DNA of 42,932 nucleotides from Gemmatimonadota bacterium. Lineage in GTDB: Bacteria > Gemmatimonadota > Gemmatimonadetes > Gemmatimonadales > GWC2-71-9. The notes under the pieces are model-generated. The model did not search any database. It saw only the letters and a list, made by a program, of their open reading frames with translations, and had not been told where the DNA came from. The number at the start of each line of letters is the position of its first letter. Positions within the stretch are counted from its first letter, which is position 1. The position numbers were made by a program, and so were the translations under genes. Below, piece after piece: positions 15,481-23,095 of the stretch. The stretch spans positions 1-42,932 of the forward strand of contig JAYVJS010000551.1 in assembly GCA_043769075.1 (NCBI GenBank), written 5' to 3'.

Positions 15481-17441
15481 CGGCCGATCGCTCCGCTGAG
15501 TGGCTGGAGGCCGATGGGCTCGGGGCCTATGCCAGCGGCACCGTGGCCGGGCCCCGGTCGCGGCGTTACCACGCCTTGCTGATGACAGCCACGACACCTC
15601 CGACCGGACGGCAGGCCCTGGTGGCGGGGATCGATGCCTGGGTCGAGTCCGCAAACGATCGCGAAGACCTCACCGTCCAGCGGTATCGCCCGGACTTCGA
15701 CAGCCGGTTGCCGGACCACGTCACCCGTTTTTCCAACGACCCGTGGCCGACTTGGAACTACCGGCTCCTCGACGAAACCGAGATCGAGCACGAGATCTTT
15801 GTTCCCAAAGATCGATCCATGGTGGTGCTCCGGTGGCGATTGGTCCGGCCCGTTCCGGGAAAGCGGCTGATGGTCCGACCCCTGCTGACCGGGCGAGACA
15901 TCCATGCCCTCCATCATGAGAACAGCGAACTGCGGTTCGACGCCGAAGTCGGGGCTGACCGGGTTCGTTGGCAGGCGTATAGTGCCCTGCCAGGCGTCAT
16001 CGCCGGTCACAATGGGGCATATCACCACGGCCCGACCTGGTACCGCGGGTTCCAACTCGATGAAGAGCGGGCCCGGGGGTTCGACTATTTGGAAGACGCG
16101 GCCTCGCCCGGGGTGTTGAGCTGGGATCTTTCCGCCGGCGAGGCGGTGCTGATCCTGGCCACCGACTCGGCCGACAACGCTGATGACTTGGTGCTGCCGC
16201 CGCTCAAGGCCGCGGACCGACACCGGAAGCGGGAGCGGCTCCGACGGGGCCGGTTGACGAGTCCATTGGCCAAGGCGGCCGACAGCTACATCGTGAGGCG
16301 CGGTTCGGGCAAGACCATTATCGCAGGGTATCCCTGGTTCACCGACTGGGGACGGGACACCTTCATTGCCGTCCGCGGACTCGGGCTCGCTACCGGCCGC
16401 CTGGACGATGCCAAGGCCATCATCTTGGCCTGGGCGGATACCGTTTCCGAAGGCATGCTCCCCAATCGGTTCGTCGACCAGGGCGACGCGCCGGAATACA
16501 ACTCGGTCGATGCCTCGCTCTGGTATGTGATGGTCGTGGGTGAGTTGATCGCGGCGTTCGCCGAAACCGGGAAACGCCTAACGGCGACGGACCGGCGGCG
16601 GATGGGCGATGCGGCCCAGGCCATCCTGGAGGGGTACGCCAAAGGAACTCGCTACGGCATCCACGCCGACACCGACGGCCTCCTCGCCGCCGGGGTCCCC
16701 GGTGTTCAACTCACCTGGATGGACGCGAAGCTCGGCGACTGGGTGGTGACGCCCCGGATCGGGAAACCGGTTGAGATCCAGGCGCTCTGGCTGGCGGCGC
16801 TTGCGGCCGGCAGTGCTCGTGATGACCGGTGGCGGGCACTCTCGGATCGGGTTCGGGCCACGTTCGCCAAGCGGTTTTGGAATCCGGATCGGGCCTGTTT
16901 GTACGACGTGGTCGATTGCGACGGCGTGGCTGGGCGGGTCGACGCCTCGGTTCGGCCGAACCAGATCTTTGCCGTCGGTGGCCTGCCGCAGTCGTTGCTG
17001 AGCGGCGCGATGGCGACGGCGGTGGTCGAAACGGTCGAACGGGAGCTTCTGACGCCACTCGGCCTGAGGACCCTCGCGCCCACCGATCCGGCGTACGTTC
17101 CCCGATACCAAGGCGGCCCTCATGAGCGCGATGGCGCCTACCATCAAGGCACCGTCTGGCCCTGGCTGCTCGGACCCTTCGTCGAAGCCTGGCTCCGGGT
17201 TCGGGGCAACACCGCCACGACCCGGCGCGAAGGGCAGACCCGGTTCCTGGCGCCGCTGATGGCGCACCTGAACGAAGCGGGCCTCGGACACATGTCGGAG
17301 ATTGCCGATGCCGAGGCGCCCCACGTTCCCCGCGGGTGCCCCTTTCAAGCCTGGTCGGTCGGGGAGGCGATTCGGATCCACCACCTGCTCGCCGAGCCCG
17401 TGGCGCCGGCACCGAAGCGACGACGACTACCGGCCCCGTGA
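15468..17441 (+). CDS. Glycogen debranching enzyme (GDE N-terminal domain + amylo-alpha-1,6-glucosidase domain)
   Basis: 657 aa from ATG 15468, a 13-nt overlap with the ZAS paralog. EWLEADGLGAYASGTVAGPRSRRYHALL, GYPWFTDWGRDTFIA, NSVDASLWY, LTWMDAK, VEIQALW, YHQGTVWPWL and QAWSVGE are typical of the bacterial/archaeal GDE family. Confidence 0.85.
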   Translation: MEILTADRSAEWLEADGLGAYASGTVAGPRSRRYHALLMTATTPPTGRQALVAGIDAWVESANDREDLTVQRYRPDFDSRLPDHVTRFSNDPWPTWNYRLLDETEIEHEIFVPKDRSMVVLRWRLVRPVPGKRLMVRPLLTGRDIHALHHENSELRFDAEVGADRVRWQAYSALPGVIAGHNGAYHHGPTWYRGFQLDEERARGFDYLEDAASPGVLSWDLSAGEAVLILATDSADNADDLVLPPLKAADRHRKRERLRRGRLTSPLAKAADSYIVRRGSGKTIIAGYPWFTDWGRDTFIAVRGLGLATGRLDDAKAIILAWADTVSEGMLPNRFVDQGDAPEYNSVDASLWYVMVVGELIAAFAETGKRLTATDRRRMGDAAQAILEGYAKGTRYGIHADTDGLLAAGVPGVQLTWMDAKLGDWVVTPRIGKPVEIQALWLAALAAGSARDDRWRALSDRVRATFAKRFWNPDRACLYDVVDCDGVAGRVDASVRPNQIFAVGGLPQSLLSGAMATAVVETVERELLTPLGLRTLAPTDPAYVPRYQGGPHERDGAYHQGTVWPWLLGPFVEAWLRVRGNTATTRREGQTRFLAPLMAHLNEAGLGHMSEIADAEAPHVPRGCPFQAWSVGEAIRIHHLLAEPVAPAPKRRRLPAP

Positions 17442-18196
17442 AGCCGAATTGGGTCGAGTACGGGCTCGAGACGTTCGGGCTCGGGCTCTTCATGGTTTCG
17501 GCCTCGGCGTTCGGGGTCCTGCTGTTCCACCCGGACTCGCAGGTGGTGACGGTGCTGCCGAACCCGATGGTCCGGAGCGCTCTGATGGGCCTCGCGATGG
17601 GATCGACCGCGCTACTAAACACCTACTCGCCCTGGGGCCGCCGCTCCGGGGCCCACCTCAACCCCGCCGTCACTCTCACGTTCTACTCGTTAGGAAAGGT
17701 GTCGGCGGTGGACCTAGCCGGCTATGTCGCCGCGCAGTTCGTTGGCGGGCTGCTCGGGATGATGGTGGCCGCCGCGATGTTGTCGCCGTGGATTGGGCAT
17801 CCGGCGGTCAACTTCGTGGCCACCGTGCCGGGGCCGGCCGGCCTTGGAGCGGCCTGGCTCGGCGAGGCGGTCATCACCGTTGTGTTGATGACCGTGGTGC
17901 TTACCTGTGCCGCTAACCCCAAGACGGCACCGTTTACCGGATTCGCCGCGGCCGGCCTGGTGGCCGTCTACATCACGTTCGAGGCGCCGCTCTCGGGCAT
18001 GAGCATGAATCCGGCCCGCACGCTGGCCTCCGCCGTTCCAGCGATGTCGTGGCACGGGCTTTGGATCTACTTCACCGCCCCACCCCTCGGCATGTTGGCC
18101 GCGGCCGCGTTCCGCCGCCGTCACCACGCCCGCCACTGCGCCAAACTCCACCACGATGCTCGCTTTCGCTGCATTTTCTGCGGGAACTCGCCCTAG
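17438..18196 (+). CDS. MIP/aquaporin family channel with Cys/His-rich C-terminal tail
   Basis: 252 aa from GTG 17438, which overlaps the GDE TGA (GTGA). It has two NPA boxes (HLNPAVT, SMNPART) and six hydrophobic segments. The tail reads RRRHHARHCAKLHHDARFRCIFCGNSP. Confidence 0.9.
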   Translation: MKPNWVEYGLETFGLGLFMVSASAFGVLLFHPDSQVVTVLPNPMVRSALMGLAMGSTALLNTYSPWGRRSGAHLNPAVTLTFYSLGKVSAVDLAGYVAAQFVGGLLGMMVAAAMLSPWIGHPAVNFVATVPGPAGLGAAWLGEAVITVVLMTVVLTCAANPKTAPFTGFAAAGLVAVYITFEAPLSGMSMNPARTLASAVPAMSWHGLWIYFTAPPLGMLAAAAFRRRHHARHCAKLHHDARFRCIFCGNSP

Positions 18197-18208
18197 CACC
18201 TCTGCGTT
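18183..18208 (+). promoter_or_regulatory. Putative ECF-type promoter P3 (GGAAC-N17-CGTT) upstream of the DM13 gene
   Basis: GGAAC at 18183-18187, inside the last aquaporin codons. A 17-nt spacer leads to CGTT at 18205-18208, 86 nt upstream of ATG 18294. Confidence 0.45.
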
Positions 18209-18293
18209 GATCCGGTCATGCGAGACGGACAGGCACCCCGCTCGCGATGACGAATGCCATCAACCGGTGCACCCAACCACAGAGGAGTCGCTC

Positions 18294-18665
18294 ATGCGTA
18301 CCTGGCTCATCACGTCGTTCGCCGCCCTGGCGGTACTCGCCACCGCAGCCTTCCGGCCCGCCCCGACCACCAAGGTCAGCAAGCCGTTTGCCGGCGCCAA
18401 GGTCAACGGCGGCAACGTCACCATGAACAACGACGGCGGCAAGATCACCTTGACGCTCTCGCCCGAGGTCAAGGATCCGAAGACCCCCGACGCCCACTGG
18501 CAAGTCGTCGATGCCAAGGGCCGGGTCTATCTCCTCGACAAGATGACGATCAAGGACGACAAGGTGAATCAGTCGATCACCTTGCCCGACTACATCAAGG
18601 ACGTCCAGAAGGTCGTGATCTTCTGCGCCTGGGCCGTGGCCAACCTCGGCGAAGCCTCGTTCTAA
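18294..18665 (+). CDS. Secreted DM13-domain-like protein
   Basis: 123 aa from ATG 18294, with AGAGGAG 7 nt upstream. Signal peptide MRTWLITSFAALAVLATAAF. The body, ending VVIFCAWAVANLGEASF, resembles bacterial DM13 (electron-transfer) domain proteins. Confidence 0.6.
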   Translation: MRTWLITSFAALAVLATAAFRPAPTTKVSKPFAGAKVNGGNVTMNNDGGKITLTLSPEVKDPKTPDAHWQVVDAKGRVYLLDKMTIKDDKVNQSITLPDYIKDVQKVVIFCAWAVANLGEASF

Positions 18666-18805
18666 CGACCGACAGTCGACGGAGCTCCCCATACGGGGCT
18701 TGGCCGGCGGGTAGTCGAATCGACCTGGCGCGAACAATAGGCTGCCATCATTCGACGACCCTGCCGGCCCGACTGATTCCCCCACCGTCAGGAGACCGGA
18801 TCGTC

Positions 18806-19666
18806 ATGACCATCAGGACCATGCTGGCGAGCGCGTTGGTGATCGCCCTTCCGGCCGTCGCGCTCGAAGCTCAAGTCACCGCCAAGAAGCAACTCAACAT
18901 GGACGGCGCCAAGCAGATCGCGGACGCCGTCGTCGCGGAAGCCAAGCGCCTCAATACCACCGGCGTCGTCGCGGTCGTCGACGACGGCGGCAACCTGATG
19001 TACCTCGAACGAGTCGACGGCTCGTTCGCCGCCGGGGCCTTGATTTCCTACGGGAAGGCCCGAACCGCCGCCCTCTTCATGCGGCCGACCTCGGTGTTCG
19101 AGAATCTGATCAAGAGCGGCCGGACCCCGATGATCGCGCTCAATGACTTCACGCCGCTCCAAGGTGGCATTCCGGTCGAAGTCGATGGCCACATTGTCGG
19201 GGCTGTCGGAGTCAGCGGAGCCGCGAGCGCCGCCCAGGACGAGGAGCTCGCGATGGTCGGCGCTAAAGCGCTGGCTGACATGAAGCAGGCCCTGGCCCCG
19301 GTCAGCGTTTTCCCCAAGATGGAGGTCGACGCCGGGTTCGCGAAGGGCGGGGTCCTCATCGGCGACCTGCCTGATCGCGGCTATCAAGTTCACACCAGTC
19401 GGCGGAACGAGCCCGGGATGGTCGAAGTCCACACCCTCGACACTGACGTGTTCCAGGTGCTCTCCGGTTCGGCAACCCTGGTCACTGGCGGCACCATGGT
19501 GGGCGGCAAAGAGACCGGACCGAACGAATGGCGCGGCACCGAGATCCAGGGCGGAGAGAGCCGGAAGATCGCCAAAGGCGACGTGGTCGTCATCCCGGCC
19601 GGAACACCCCACTGGTTCAAGGCGATCGACGGACCGGTCACCTACTTCGCCGTCAAGGCCCGGTAG
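18806..19666 (+). CDS. Secreted GlcG/HbpS-like (DUF336) domain fused to a cupin domain
   Basis: 286 aa from ATG 18806, with AGGAGA upstream. Signal peptide MTIRTMLASALVIALPAVALEAQ. The DUF336 region reads LNMDGAKQIADAVVAEAKRLN...VAVVDDGGNLMYLERVDG...GGIPVEVDGHIVGAVGVSGA. The C-terminal cupin-like strands read GDVVVIPAGTPHWF. Confidence 0.75.
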   Translation: MTIRTMLASALVIALPAVALEAQVTAKKQLNMDGAKQIADAVVAEAKRLNTTGVVAVVDDGGNLMYLERVDGSFAAGALISYGKARTAALFMRPTSVFENLIKSGRTPMIALNDFTPLQGGIPVEVDGHIVGAVGVSGAASAAQDEELAMVGAKALADMKQALAPVSVFPKMEVDAGFAKGGVLIGDLPDRGYQVHTSRRNEPGMVEVHTLDTDVFQVLSGSATLVTGGTMVGGKETGPNEWRGTEIQGGESRKIAKGDVVVIPAGTPHWFKAIDGPVTYFAVKAR

Positions 19667-19670
19667 CTCG

Positions 19671-21326
19671 ATGCGGCGCCCGACCTTGATCTCACTCGTG
19701 CTCACGGCCCTCGGCGCGTCGGCCGCCTCGGCCCAGGTTACCGCCGATGCCCCAGCCGGCCGACCCCAGGCCATCGTCGACTTGATGACGACCGACGGCG
19801 TCCGCTCGGTCAACGGAGTGTGGAAATACCGTGACGCCCAAATCATCGAGGTCGACCATCGGAGCCCCGGGCCCGACCTCCGGCCTTCCGGCCCCCCCAA
19901 CCGAACCCATGACATTGTTCTGAAGGCCGGCGTCGCCGGGTTCGACGACACCGACTGGGAGACCGTTGACGGCCCCGACCTGACCAAACGGCGAACCAAC
20001 GGCCGGCTGGCTTTCGGCTGGTACCGGCTCAACCTGACGATCCCCGAGCAGGTCGGATCGTTCTCGACTCGCGGCTCGACGGTGGTCTTCGAGATCGTGG
20101 TCGATGACTATTCCGAGATCTGGGTCGACGGGAAGCTCACGCCGGTCCTCGGGCAGACCGGCGGCCAGCTGATCAAAGGCTGGAACGCGCCCAATCGCGT
20201 GGTGATCGGACGACACGTCGAACCGGGCCAGCGAATCCAGCTCGCCGTGTTCGGGATCAACGGGCCGCTCTCCGACCCGCCGATCAACTTCGTCTGGGTT
20301 CGTTCCGCCACGCTCGACTTTTATCAGGAGCCTAGCGGCGGGGTCGTGGCGACGGCCGCCACGATCGTTCGCCATGATCCCGCACTCGACCGGATCGTCC
20401 CGAGCGGAGCGGCCCTCGAGAAACTCGCCGGGGGCTTTTCATTCCTCGAAGGTCCGGTTTGGGTTCCCGAAGGCGGATTCCTGCTCTTCAGCGATCCAAA
20501 CACCAACACCATCTACCGGTGGACACCGGATGGGCAGGTCTCGGTGTGGCGGACCAAAAGCGGCTTTGCCGGCCCTAACATCGGCGACTACAAGCAACCG
20601 GGCTCCAACGGCCTCGCGCTCGACGCGATGGGACGAGTCACCATCGACCAACACGGCAACCGTCGGGTAATTCGGGTGGAACGCAACGGCGTCGTGACGG
20701 TCTTGGCGGACGGGTATCAAGGGAAGCGGCTCAACAGTCCCAACGATCTGGTCTACAAGTCGGACGGGTCGCTCTACTTCACCGACCCACCGTTCGGGTT
20801 GCCAAAGGTCTTCAGCGATCCGGCCAAGGAAACACCCTTCTCGGGTGTCTACCGGTGGAAGGACGGTGAAGTCACCCTGCTGACGACCGATTTCACCGGC
20901 CCTAACGGAATCGCGTTCTCCCCGGACGAGAAGTACCTCTACGTCGACAACTGGGACCCCGCGAAAAAGGTGATCATGCGCTACCCGGTCAAAGCCGACG
21001 GGACCCTCGAGAAGGGCACCGTATTCTTCGACATCACCACCTCGGTTCCCGGCGACGACGCCTGGGATGGCCTCAAGGTCGATACCAACGGGAACGTCTA
21101 CGCGGCCGGCCCCGAGGGCGTTTACGTCCTTGACCCCGCCGGGAAGCACCTCGGCACCATCGTGCTGCCCGAGCACGTGGCCAACTTCGCTTGGGGCGAC
21201 GATGATTTCCGGACCCTCTACCTCACCGCCTCGACCGGATTGTACCGGATTCGGCTGGCCGCCCAGGGCACCGGCGCTTTCAGCCGCCTCGCGGCCCGGG
21301 AACCCACGGCCACCTCGAGGCATTGA
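19671..21326 (+). CDS. Secreted SMP-30/gluconolactonase/LRE-family beta-propeller with an N-terminal extension of about 230 aa
   Basis: 551 aa with signal peptide MRRPTLISLVLTALGASAASAQ. The C-terminal half (FLEGPVWVPEGGFLLFSDPNTNTIYRW...NGLALD...PNDLVYKSDGSLYFTDP...PNGIAFSPDEKYLYV...GLKVDTNGNVY...NFAWGDDDFRTLYLTA) is the gluconolactonase pattern. I did not recognise the family of the N-terminal beta-rich domain. Confidence 0.8.
   Translation: MRRPTLISLVLTALGASAASAQVTADAPAGRPQAIVDLMTTDGVRSVNGVWKYRDAQIIEVDHRSPGPDLRPSGPPNRTHDIVLKAGVAGFDDTDWETVDGPDLTKRRTNGRLAFGWYRLNLTIPEQVGSFSTRGSTVVFEIVVDDYSEIWVDGKLTPVLGQTGGQLIKGWNAPNRVVIGRHVEPGQRIQLAVFGINGPLSDPPINFVWVRSATLDFYQEPSGGVVATAATIVRHDPALDRIVPSGAALEKLAGGFSFLEGPVWVPEGGFLLFSDPNTNTIYRWTPDGQVSVWRTKSGFAGPNIGDYKQPGSNGLALDAMGRVTIDQHGNRRVIRVERNGVVTVLADGYQGKRLNSPNDLVYKSDGSLYFTDPPFGLPKVFSDPAKETPFSGVYRWKDGEVTLLTTDFTGPNGIAFSPDEKYLYVDNWDPAKKVIMRYPVKADGTLEKGTVFFDITTSVPGDDAWDGLKVDTNGNVYAAGPEGVYVLDPAGKHLGTIVLPEHVANFAWGDDDFRTLYLTASTGLYRIRLAAQGTGAFSRLAAREPTATSRH
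21299..21324 (+). promoter_or_regulatory. One-mismatch copy of the ECF-type motif (GGAAC-N17-CATT), weak candidate P4
   Basis: GGAAC at 21299-21303, a 17-nt spacer and CATT at 21321-21324, overlapping the lactonase stop. It shares the cgGGAAC flank with P2 and P3, and lies 9 nt upstream of ATG 21333. Confidence 0.25.
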
Positions 21327-21332
21327 TCTGCC

Positions 21333-21530
21333 ATGCAAACCACATCTGCCGGCGAATTCATCCTGATCGGATCGGCGACCGGGGGCGGCACGGTCTTCAT
21401 CTGCGAATCGGCCCCCGATCGAACCACCTGGACCGCCTACGATGTCGGGCCGGGTGGTGCCCGGACCAACCCTCGGGTGGTGGTCGCCAATTCCTCCTCG
21501 AATTGGCGCGGTGTGCCGGAGCCGGTATGA
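21333..21530 (+). CDS. Small hypothetical ORF (65 aa) filling the lactonase-GMC gap
   Basis: ATG 21333 lies 7 nt after the lactonase stop. Its TGA overlaps the GMC ATG (ATGA at 21527-21530). Third codon positions are mostly G/C by eye, as in the neighbouring genes. I recognised no family. Confidence 0.4.
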   Translation: MQTTSAGEFILIGSATGGGTVFICESAPDRTTWTAYDVGPGGARTNPRVVVANSSSNWRGVPEPV

Positions 21531-23095
21531 GCCAGCACTACGACGTCATCATCATCGGATCGGGTGCGGGGGGCGGCACCCTGTTCCACCGCCTGGCCGC
21601 GACAGGCAAACGGATTCTGCTCCTCGAGCGCGGCGACTACGTTCCCCGCGAAAAGGATAACTGGGACCCCAAGGCCGTCAACGTGGAGGCGAAGTACAAC
21701 GCCAAGGAAGTCTGGCACGACCGGGACGGCAAGCCGCTCCATCCCCACACCAACTACTACGTCGGCGGCAACACCAAGTTCTACGGCGCCGCCCTGTTTC
21801 GGCTCCGGCGGGAAGACTTTGGCACCCTGACCCATCACGGAGGCGTCTCGCCCGCGTGGCCGGTTTCGTACGCCGAACTCGAACCGTACTACACCCGGGC
21901 CGAGCAGCTGTATGAGGTCCACGGCCAGCGGGGGTCCGACCCGACTGAACCGCCGACGTCGGCCCCGTACCCGTTTCCACGCGTCAGCCACGAGCCGGTG
22001 ATTCAAGCCCTTCACGACGACTTCACCGAGTTGGGGTTGAAGCCGTTTTCGGTCCCCCTTGGCGTCAGGCTCAACGAACGGAATCGCCGGCAGAGCGCCT
22101 GTATACGCTGCGGCACCTGCGACGGATTTCCCTGCTTGGTCGGGGCCAAATCGGACGCCCAGGCGATCTGTATCGACCCGGCGCTCGCTAAGTACCCCAA
22201 TGCCACACTGATGACCGGGGCGAAGGTGGCCCGGCTGACCACCGACGCCGGGGGACAGCGGGTGGACGGGGTCCACGTCGAGCGCGGGGGCCACACCGAG
22301 GTCTACACCGGGGACATCGTGGTCGTCTCGGCCGGGGCCATCAACTCGGCGGCGCTCCTGCTTCGGTCGGCCAACGACAAGCACCGCAATGGTCTCGGCA
22401 ACGGATCCGATATGGTCGGACGCCACTACATGGGCCATCTCAACTCGGTCCTGATGGCGATCTCCAAATGCCCGAACCCGACGGTGTTCCAAAAGACCCT
22501 CGGGGTAAACGACTTCTACCTGGGGTCGCCGGAATGGCAGTTCCCGATGGGGCACATTTCGTTCGTCGGCAAGCTCGACGGCATTACGCTCGGTGCCGGA
22601 GCCCCAGCGATCGCGCCCGGATTCACCCTCGACCTGATGGCCAAGCATTCACTCGACTTCTGGCTCACCTCCGAGGACCTGCCCGATCCCGACAACCGGG
22701 TCACCCTCGACCAGAACGGCGGCATCGTACTCTCGTACCGGCCGAACAATGAGGAGGGCCACAAGCGGCTGATCAAGAAGCTTGAGAGCTTGATGCAACA
22801 ACGGACCCGGTGCGCCATTCACGGCGCGGGTTGCCACGTGGGTCTGTTCGGACGAAGCCTGTTTGTCGGGCAGCGAATCCCGTTGGCGGGCGTGGCGCAC
22901 CAGAACGGAACCATCCGGTTCGGCACCGATCCGAAGACGTCGGTCCTCGATCGGAACTGCAAGGCCCACGAGGTCGACAATCTGTACGTCGTCGACGGAA
23001 GTTTCTTTCCGTCAAGCGGTGCCGTCAATCCGGCACTGACCATCATCGCCAATGCCCTTCGAGTGGGCGACCACTTGGCCGAGCGGCTGGCGTGA
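21527..23095 (+). CDS. GMC-family FAD oxidoreductase
   Basis: 522 aa from ATG 21527. It has the MSQHYDVIIIGSGAGGGTL FAD fold, YYVGGNTKFYGAA, VVVSAGAINSAALLLRS, and C-terminal NLYVVDGSFFPSSGAVNPALTIIANALR. Confidence 0.9.
   Translation: MSQHYDVIIIGSGAGGGTLFHRLAATGKRILLLERGDYVPREKDNWDPKAVNVEAKYNAKEVWHDRDGKPLHPHTNYYVGGNTKFYGAALFRLRREDFGTLTHHGGVSPAWPVSYAELEPYYTRAEQLYEVHGQRGSDPTEPPTSAPYPFPRVSHEPVIQALHDDFTELGLKPFSVPLGVRLNERNRRQSACIRCGTCDGFPCLVGAKSDAQAICIDPALAKYPNATLMTGAKVARLTTDAGGQRVDGVHVERGGHTEVYTGDIVVVSAGAINSAALLLRSANDKHRNGLGNGSDMVGRHYMGHLNSVLMAISKCPNPTVFQKTLGVNDFYLGSPEWQFPMGHISFVGKLDGITLGAGAPAIAPGFTLDLMAKHSLDFWLTSEDLPDPDNRVTLDQNGGIVLSYRPNNEEGHKRLIKKLESLMQQRTRCAIHGAGCHVGLFGRSLFVGQRIPLAGVAHQNGTIRFGTDPKTSVLDRNCKAHEVDNLYVVDGSFFPSSGAVNPALTIIANALRVGDHLAERLA

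Noticed and set aside
15099-16223. Long ORFs antisense to, or out of frame with, recognised genes. Examples: 835-1485(-), 15099-16223(-), 18788-20032(-), 21437-22648(-), 22819-23949(-), 30515-31915(-), 40537-41613(+).
   Set aside because: Their translations are Arg/Gly/Pro/Ala-rich and low-complexity with no recognisable motifs. Each is fully shadowed by a gene with clear family signatures on the other strand or frame. This is the expected artefact of stop-codon-poor high-GC DNA.
18731-18756. CGAAC-N17-CGAC upstream of the GlcG-cupin gene considered as a further ECF-type promoter.
   Set aside because: It has two mismatches in the nine defining positions, one in each element, which is too weak to count. 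This intergenic region also contains GTCGA-a-TCGAC (18714-18724) and other TCGAC copies, but I could not attach a function to them.
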